12,228 nucleotides of DNA. Origin: a virus. Position numbers and translations under genes: made by a program. How positions within the stretch are numbered: position 1 is the first letter of the stretch; the number at the start of each line of letters is the position of its first letter. This document shows, in pieces, positions 6,290 to 12,228 of this stretch. The stretch lies in the UHGV virus genome UHGV-0278805. One strand, written 5' to 3'. Below the pieces are notes generated by a model, which worked only from the letters and a program-made list of their open reading frames with translations, was not told the DNA's origin and ran no database searches.

Positions 6290-6420
6290 TGCCACGGGGC
6301 GGGAGCGTCGCGGAAAAAGGCTAGTTTTTGAAATTTCATTCGTCATCACCACTAATGTAATGCATTGATATTACATTAGTTTTATTTTTATGGTGTCGAT
6401 TTTGATTGTTTTTTGTTCAT
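6290..6420. other. Candidate cos site (cosN-like GC-rich element plus AT-rich cosB-like region) upstream of the terminase genes
   Basis: CACGGGGCGGGAGCGTCGCGG at 6293-6313 resembles the remembered lambda cosN context ACGGGGCGGCGACCTCGCGG, differing in the second half of the 12-nt core. It lies about 186 bp upstream of the terminase small-subunit start, similar to the lambda cosN-to-Nu1 distance. Followed by AT-rich DNA containing an 11-bp inverted repeat. Confidence 0.4.
6351..6380. repeat. Perfect 11-bp inverted repeat ACTAATGTAAT / ATTACATTAGT with 8-bp spacer, within the putative cosB region
   Basis: Read directly: ACTAATGTAAT (6351-6361), spacer GCATTGAT, ATTACATTAGT (6370-6380); the second arm is the exact reverse complement of the first. 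Confidence 0.6.
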
Positions 6421-6482
6421 CACTAACACCGTTTGCCTAAAGTTGTTCGCAAGATGCATGTTTAAAACATTCTGGAGCGAGT

Positions 6483-6977
6483 ATGGATCGAGAGTTAAAA
6501 AATCTGACGCTGAATATCAGTCAACTGGCGGCACTGTCAGGTGTACATCGCCAGACTGCTGCGGCAAGGCTGCAAAATCTACCCGTTGCAGGGGGGCATG
6601 AAAGCAACCTCAAGCTTTATCGGGTGGTTGATATTGTGTCGGCATTTCTGGCATTACCACCGCCGGTTGCAGAAGGCGAAATGGACGCGCATGAGCGCAA
6701 AGCCTGGTATCAGTCTGAACGTGAGCGTCTTAAGTTCGAACAGGAAACGGCGCAACTCATTCCGGCCAGTGATGTCAGACGGGAGTTTGCCATCTGGGCA
6801 AAAGCGGTCGTGCAGGTGCTGGAGACATTACCGGATATTCTGGAACGTGACTGCGGTCTGCAGCCTGCCGCTGTGAGCCGTGTTCAGTCCATTATTGATG
6901 ATCTGCGCGATCAGATAGCCCTGCGGGTGACCGAAGCAGGTGCGGATGATGAGGAGGAATTACAGCAGGAGGAGTAA
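6483..6977 (+). CDS. Terminase small subunit (Nu1/gp1-like, DNA-recognition subunit)
   Basis: ATG 6483 preceded by GGAGCGAG; N-terminal HTH-like segment NISQLAALSGVHRQTAAARL; acidic C-terminus; stop overlaps the large-subunit start (TAATG at 6975-6979); lies immediately downstream of the cos-like region. Confidence 0.75.
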   Translation: MDRELKNLTLNISQLAALSGVHRQTAAARLQNLPVAGGHESNLKLYRVVDIVSAFLALPPPVAEGEMDAHERKAWYQSERERLKFEQETAQLIPASDVRREFAIWAKAVVQVLETLPDILERDCGLQPAAVSRVQSIIDDLRDQIALRVTEAGADDEEELQQEE

Positions 6978-9079
6978 TGCTGAATCAGGAAACCGCAAAG
7001 GCAGCACGAACCGATTCAGGTTATATCCTTCGCGCACCGAGACGAATGCAGGTTGCTGATGCCGTTGCTCAGTATATGCGGGTGCCCATGGGGGCCGGGA
7101 ACTCAGTCCCGTGGGATCCGCTGGTGGCACCGTATGTTATTGAGCCGATGAACTGCCTGGCCTCGCGTGAATACGACGCAGTGATATTTGTTGGCCCGGC
7201 ACGAACCGGCAAGACTATCGGCCTGATTGACGGCTGGGTGATTTACAACGTGATTTGCGATCCTGCGGATATGCTGATCATTCAGATGACGGAGGAAAAA
7301 GCCCGCGAACACTCCAAAAAACGACTTGCCAGAACGTTTCGCGTCAGCCCGGAAGTGGTCAGTCGCCTGAGTCCGAACAAAAATGACAACAACGTTTATG
7401 ACAGAACATTCCTTGCTGGCAACTACCTGAAAATCGGCTGGCCGTCAGTCAATATCATGTCCTCATCAGATTATAAATGCGTGGCGCTGACGGATTATGA
7501 CCGTTTTCCGGAAGATATTGATGGCGAGGGGGATGCCTTCTCTCTTGCCTCAAAACGTACCACCACATTTATGTCCAGTGGTATGACGCTGGTGGAGAGT
7601 TCCCCGGGCAGGGATGTGAAGGATGTGAAATGGCGACGGACTTCACCACATGAGGCTCCACCAACCACGGGGATACTGTCGCTCTATAACCGTGGTGATC
7701 GCCGTCGCTGGTACTGGCCCTGTCCACACTGTGGTGAGTATTTTCAGCCCTGCGGCGATGTGGTTGCTGGTTTCCGTGATATTGCCGATCCCGTGCTGGC
7801 AAGTGAGGCGGCTTATATTCAGTGTCCTTCCTGTTCAGGACGGATTATGCCTGAACAAAAACGTGAGCTGAACGGACGTGGGGTCTGGTTGCGGGATGGT
7901 GAATCCATCAATGCGGATGGCAGTCGTTATGGTGATCCCCGACGCTCACGTATTGCGTCATTCTGGATGGAGGGTCCGGCAGCTGCTTACCAGACACTCT
8001 CGCAACTCGTTTACAAACTGCTTACTGCAGAACAGGAATACGAGACAACCGGAAGTGAAGAAACACTCAAGACGGTTATCAATACCGACTGGGGATTACC
8101 TTATCTTCCCCGTGCCAGCATGGAGCAACGAAAAAGTGAACTGCTTGAGCAGCGGGCAGAGCCAGTTCCTTCCCGCAGTGTGCCGGATGGCGTTAATTTC
8201 CTTGTGGCGACAGTGGATGTGCAGGCGGGACGTCATCGCCGTTTTGTGGTTCAGGTAACGGGCTATGGCAGCCGTGGCGAACGCTGGATTATTGATCGTT
8301 ACAACATCACGCAGTCATTGCGCGGTGACAGCGACGGGGAGAGCCAGCGAATTGATCCGGCCAGCTATCCGGAAGACTGGGATGTCCTGCTGACGGATGT
8401 TTTTCATAAAAGCTGGCCGCTGGCCTCCGATCCTTCTCAACAAATGCGACTGATGGCAATGGCGGTGGACTCCGGCGGTGAAGACGGGGTCACTGATAAT
8501 GCCTATAAATTCTGGCGTCGTTGCCGTCGTGATGGCCTTGGTAAACGTATTTACCTGTTTAAGGGCGACAGCATCCGGCGCGCAAAACTGATCACCCGTA
8601 CATTCCCTGATAACACCGGACGAACGGGCCGACGGGCGCAGGCCGCAGGTGATGTGCCGCTCTGGCTTCTTCAGACGGATGCCCTGAAAGACCGGGTGAA
8701 TAACGCGTTATGGCGTGACTCGCCAGGTCCCGGCTATGTGCATTTCCCTGACTGGCTGGGGAGCTGGTTTTACGACGAACTGACGTATGAAGAGCGGAGC
8801 AGTGACGGGAAATGGAGTAAGCCGGGTCGCGGTGCCAACGAAGCTTTTGACCTGATGGTGTATGCCGAGGCTCTGGTCATTCTGCATGGATACGAAAAGA
8901 TCCGCTGGCCGGATGCACCGGAGTGGGCGAGCCGGGAAACCTGGCTGGAGTGTGTCCCGGACAGTACCGAACCGTCACCCTCACCGGAACCGGTATCCAC
9001 GCCTGTTAAAAAACAAAAACGGAAGAAAACAGTAACTGACGATGTTAACCCCTGGCTGACTTCCGGAGGATGGTTATGA
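6977..9079 (+). CDS. Terminase large subunit (lambda gpA family)
   Basis: 700-aa ORF; Walker A-like GPARTGKT within AVIFVGPARTGKTIGLIDGW near the N-terminus; size and position after the small subunit are typical; translationally coupled start. Confidence 0.9.
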   Translation: MLNQETAKAARTDSGYILRAPRRMQVADAVAQYMRVPMGAGNSVPWDPLVAPYVIEPMNCLASREYDAVIFVGPARTGKTIGLIDGWVIYNVICDPADMLIIQMTEEKAREHSKKRLARTFRVSPEVVSRLSPNKNDNNVYDRTFLAGNYLKIGWPSVNIMSSSDYKCVALTDYDRFPEDIDGEGDAFSLASKRTTTFMSSGMTLVESSPGRDVKDVKWRRTSPHEAPPTTGILSLYNRGDRRRWYWPCPHCGEYFQPCGDVVAGFRDIADPVLASEAAYIQCPSCSGRIMPEQKRELNGRGVWLRDGESINADGSRYGDPRRSRIASFWMEGPAAAYQTLSQLVYKLLTAEQEYETTGSEETLKTVINTDWGLPYLPRASMEQRKSELLEQRAEPVPSRSVPDGVNFLVATVDVQAGRHRRFVVQVTGYGSRGERWIIDRYNITQSLRGDSDGESQRIDPASYPEDWDVLLTDVFHKSWPLASDPSQQMRLMAMAVDSGGEDGVTDNAYKFWRRCRRDGLGKRIYLFKGDSIRRAKLITRTFPDNTGRTGRRAQAAGDVPLWLLQTDALKDRVNNALWRDSPGPGYVHFPDWLGSWFYDELTYEERSSDGKWSKPGRGANEAFDLMVYAEALVILHGYEKIRWPDAPEWASRETWLECVPDSTEPSPSPEPVSTPVKKQKRKKTVTDDVNPWLTSGGWL

Positions 9080-9288
9080 ATCAGAATGATATTGAAGCCA
9101 TGATTCAGCGTTATACGGAAGCTGAAATGGCGGTGCTGGACGGAAAATCCGTCACTTTTAATGGTCAGCAGATGACCATGGAAAACTTATCTGAGATCCG
9201 GCAGGGGCGGCAGGAGTGGGAGCGCCGCCTTGCGGCTCTGATTACACGACGACGTGGGCATCCCGGGTACCGGCTGGCGAGGTTCTGA
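9070..9288 (+). CDS. W: Head-tail joining / head completion protein, gpW-like
   Basis: About 70-aa ORF between terminase and portal. C-terminus ...ITRRRGHPGYRLARF resembles the remembered lambda gpW C-terminus (RRRG motif). Alternative start ATG 9076 lies 6 nt after GGAGGA. Stop TGA 9286-9288 overlaps the portal ATG. Confidence 0.6.
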   Translation: MVMNQNDIEAMIQRYTEAEMAVLDGKSVTFNGQQMTMENLSEIRQGRQEWERRLAALITRRRGHPGYRLARF

Positions 9289-10763
9289 TGGCAATTCTTG
9301 ATGATGTGATTGGCGTTTTTTCACCAGGATGGAAAGCGGCAAGGCTGCGTTCCCGTGCGGTGATCCAGGCTTATGAGGCCGTAAAAACGACGCGGACACA
9401 CAAAGCCCGACGGGAGAACCGAACTGCCGACCAGTTAAGCCAGTACGGGGCCGTGTCGTTACGTGAGCAGGCCCGTTACCTTGATAACAACCACGATCTG
9501 GTCATTGGTGTATTTGACAAGCTGGAAGAACGGGTGGTGGGGAAAAACGGGATTATTGTCGAGCCACATCCGGTATTACGCAATGGGGCCATTGCCCGTG
9601 ATCTGGCAGCGGAGATACGTACCCGATGGAGTGAATGGTCTGTCAGTCCGGAGGTCACCGGGCAGTTTACCCGTCCGATGCTGGAACGTCTGATGCTGCG
9701 TACCTGGCTGCGCGATGGTGAGGTGTTTGCCCAGATGGTTTCCGGGCGCATAAACAGCCTGACGCCTTCTGCCGGTGTTCATTTCTGGCTGGAGGCGCTC
9801 GAGCCGGACTTTATTCCCATGACCAGTGATGAGAGCAACAGGCTGAATCAGGGCGTGTTTGTTGATGACTGGGGGCGTCCCGAAAAATATCTGGTGTATA
9901 AAAGTCGTCCTGTATCCGGACGGCAGATGGAAACCAAAGAAGTGGATGCAGAGCGAATGCTGCATCTTAAATTTGTTCGCCGTCTGCACCAGATGCGCGG
10001 GACGTCTTTATTGTCCGGTGTGCTGATCCGCCTCAGCGCCCTGAAAGAGTATGAAGATTCTGAGCTGACTGCAGCAAGGGTCGCCGCTGCTCTGGGGATG
10101 TACATCCGCAAAGGCGACGGACAGAGCTATGAAACGGATGGTAATGACAGCAAGGAGAATGAACGCGAGCTTACCATTCAGCCAGGCATTATTTACGACG
10201 ATCTGAAACCCGGCGAAGAAATCGGAATGGTGAAGTCGGATCGCCCAAATCCTAACCTTGAAACTTTTCGTAATGCTCAGTTGCGTGCCGTGGCGGCGGG
10301 CAGTCGTCTGAGTTTTTCCAGTACAGCGCGCAACTATAACGGCACTTACAGCGCCCAGCGTCAGGAGCTGGTTGAATCCACTGATGGCTACCTGATCCTG
10401 CAGGACTGGTTTATTGGTGCCGTCACCCGCCCGATGTATCGTGCCTGGCTGAAACAGGCTGTGGCATCCGGTGTTATCAGGCTACCCCGCGATCTTGACC
10501 GTTCTTCACTGTATACCGCGGTGTATTCCGGACCGGTGATGCCGTGGATTGACCCTGTTAAGGAGGCTGAGGCCTGGAAAATCCAGATTCGTGGTGGAGC
10601 GGCGACAGAATCAGACTGGGTACGTGCAGGTGGTCGTAATCCGGATGATGTCAAACGTCGGCGCAAGGCCGAAATTGATGAAAACCGCAAGCTGGACCTG
10701 GTATTTGATACCGATCCGGCCAGTGATAAAGGAGGCAGCAGTGCCGCAACGAAACGACAGTAG
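9288..10763 (+). CDS. Portal protein (lambda gpB-like)
   Basis: ATG 9288 overlaps the gpW stop (TGATG); about 491 aa from this start; canonical position between gpW and the prohead protease. The track start 9216 is a read-in from within the gpW region. Confidence 0.85.
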   Translation: MAILDDVIGVFSPGWKAARLRSRAVIQAYEAVKTTRTHKARRENRTADQLSQYGAVSLREQARYLDNNHDLVIGVFDKLEERVVGKNGIIVEPHPVLRNGAIARDLAAEIRTRWSEWSVSPEVTGQFTRPMLERLMLRTWLRDGEVFAQMVSGRINSLTPSAGVHFWLEALEPDFIPMTSDESNRLNQGVFVDDWGRPEKYLVYKSRPVSGRQMETKEVDAERMLHLKFVRRLHQMRGTSLLSGVLIRLSALKEYEDSELTAARVAAALGMYIRKGDGQSYETDGNDSKENERELTIQPGIIYDDLKPGEEIGMVKSDRPNPNLETFRNAQLRAVAAGSRLSFSSTARNYNGTYSAQRQELVESTDGYLILQDWFIGAVTRPMYRAWLKQAVASGVIRLPRDLDRSSLYTAVYSGPVMPWIDPVKEAEAWKIQIRGGAATESDWVRAGGRNPDDVKRRRKAEIDENRKLDLVFDTDPASDKGGSSAATKRQ

Positions 10764-12228
10764 CCGCAGTACACCGACGACCAGTCCGAAGAATAATTCC
10801 TGGTTCAGGATGCAGGCAGGTCACCAGAGTGACGCGGATATTTATATTTATGACGAGATTGGTTTCTGGGGTGTTACGGCGAAGCAGTTTATCAGTGATC
10901 TGAATGCACTGGGCGATATCACCCACATTAATCTCCATATTAATTCACCGGGTGGCGATGTCTTTGAAGGCATCGCCATTTTTAATGCACTGAAAACACA
11001 TGGTGCGTCCATTACCGTTTATGTCGACGGTGTGGCGGCGTCAATGGCGTCGGTCATTGCTATGGTGGGAAACCCGGTCATTATGCCGGAAAACTCCTTC
11101 ATGATGATTCATAAACCATTTGGCTTTACGGGCGGTGATGCGGAGGACATGCGCACCTATGCCGACCTGCTCGATAAAGTTGAGGCGGTTCTGTTACCCG
11201 CTTATGCACAGAAAACCGGGAAAACCACCGATGAAATTGCTGCCATGCTGGCGGATGAGACCTGGATGTCCGGTGCCGAATGTCTGGCACAGGGATTTGC
11301 TGATCAGGTGACGCCAGCCGTTAAGGCAATGGCATGTATTCAGTCAAAACGTACAGAGGAATTTAAAAAGATGCCGGAATCCATTCGAAACATGATTACT
11401 CCGCCACGCAACAGTGCTCCACGCGTACAGGATGATGAACCTGCAGCCTCCCGGACGCCAGTGCAGGCAGCAGCACCCGTGGTGGATGAAAACAGTATCC
11501 GTGCGCAGGTACTGGCAGAGCAAAAAGCGCGTGTAAACGGTATTAATGATCTGTTTGCCATGTTTGGCGGGCGTTATCAGACGCTGCAGGCTCAGTGTCT
11601 TGCCGATCCTGAATGTTCGCTGGAGCAGGCCCGCGAAAAGCTGTTGAACGAGATGGGGCGCGAGTCCACGCCATCCAATAAAAATACCCCGGCTCATATT
11701 TATGCCGGTAACGGTAATTTTGTGGGGGACGGGATCCGCCAGGCGCTGATGGCGCGTGCCGGATTTGAAAAAACCGAACGTGATAATGTCTACAACGGGA
11801 TGACCCTGCGTGAATATGCCCGTATGTCACTGACTGAACGGGGTATTGGGGTTTCCAGTTATAACCCGATGCAGATGGTCGGTGCGGCGTTCACACACAG
11901 TACGTCTGACTTCGGTAATATTCTGCTGGATGTTGCGAACAAAGCCATTCTGCAGGGCTGGGAAGATGCCCCTGAAACCTATGAACAGTGGACGCGGAAA
12001 GGTCAGTTGTCTGATTTTAAAATTGCCCATCGTGTGGGTATGGGGGGCTTCAGTGCTCTGCGTCAGGTGCGTGAAGGGGCGGAATATAAATACGTCACCA
12101 CCGGAGATAAACAGGCCACTATTGCACTGGCGACCTATGGCGAGCTGTTCAGTATCACCCGTCAGGCCATTATCAATGATGATCTGAATATGCTGACCGA
12201 TGTCCCGATGAAACTGGGCCGTGCGGCG
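10741..12228 (+). CDS. ClpP-like (S14) prohead maturation protease ORF, continuing in-frame into a scaffold/capsid-like region; 3'-partial (runs off window)
   Basis: Absent from the supplied ORF track because no stop occurs before the window end. I translated it by hand from GTG 10741, which is preceded by AAGGAGG (alternative ATG 10810). ClpP hallmarks: INSPGGDVFEGIAIFNALK, catalytic-Ser context VAASMASVIAMVG and catalytic-His context SFMMIHKPFG. The frame stays open for 496 codons to position 12228. Confidence 0.75.
   Translation, partial: MPQRNDSSRSTPTTSPKNNSWFRMQAGHQSDADIYIYDEIGFWGVTAKQFISDLNALGDITHINLHINSPGGDVFEGIAIFNALKTHGASITVYVDGVAASMASVIAMVGNPVIMPENSFMMIHKPFGFTGGDAEDMRTYADLLDKVEAVLLPAYAQKTGKTTDEIAAMLADETWMSGAECLAQGFADQVTPAVKAMACIQSKRTEEFKKMPESIRNMITPPRNSAPRVQDDEPAASRTPVQAAAPVVDENSIRAQVLAEQKARVNGINDLFAMFGGRYQTLQAQCLADPECSLEQAREKLLNEMGRESTPSNKNTPAHIYAGNGNFVGDGIRQALMARAGFEKTERDNVYNGMTLREYARMSLTERGIGVSSYNPMQMVGAAFTHSTSDFGNILLDVANKAILQGWEDAPETYEQWTRKGQLSDFKIAHRVGMGGFSALRQVREGAEYKYVTTGDKQATIALATYGELFSITRQAIINDDLNMLTDVPMKLGRAA

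Noticed and set aside
7103-7312. Antisense or alternate-frame ORFs embedded in well-supported genes (this 69-aa ORF is one example; others include 233-445, 589-846, 977-1249, 1209-1400, 3560-3925, 3846-4070, 7569-7802, 7650-7871, 7878-8258, 8770-9000, 9476-9751, 9576-9989, 9848-10111, 10388-10774, 10651-10938, 11120-12187)
   Set aside because: They lie inside or opposite genes with strong motif and synteny support, have no RBS or recognisable motifs, and have the low-complexity composition expected from chance ORFs in GC-rich coding DNA.
1-12228. CRISPR arrays, insertion sequences, integrase/att sites
   Set aside because: No direct-repeat/spacer periodicity, no transposase or integrase-like ORF, and no terminal inverted repeats were seen; the only notable repeat is the 11-bp palindrome at 6351-6380.

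Overview
This window is the late-control, lysis and head-morphogenesis segment of a lambdoid (phage 21/lambda-like) enterobacterial prophage, read left to right on the + strand. The backbone is: a 5'-truncated early-region ORF, a DUF968/YdfU-like Cys/His protein, antiterminator Q, a phage-21-type lysis cassette (dual-start pinholin, SAR endolysin, Rz with nested Rz1), a cos-like site, terminase small and large subunits, gpW-like protein, portal, and the start of a ClpP-like prohead protease ORF that runs off the window. Two accessory ('moron') insertions interrupt it between Q and the lysis genes. The first is a conspicuously AT-rich, oppositely oriented gene (1919-2734, minus strand) encoding a TIR-like domain protein with an uncharacterised C-terminal half, bracketed by intrinsic terminators; this is the best candidate for an undescribed single-gene anti-phage/abortive-infection module. 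The second is a small HTH-like ORF plus an orphan beta-class DNA methyltransferase with its own terminator. All assignments rest on reading the sequence and the ORF translations and on remembered family motifs; no database search was run.
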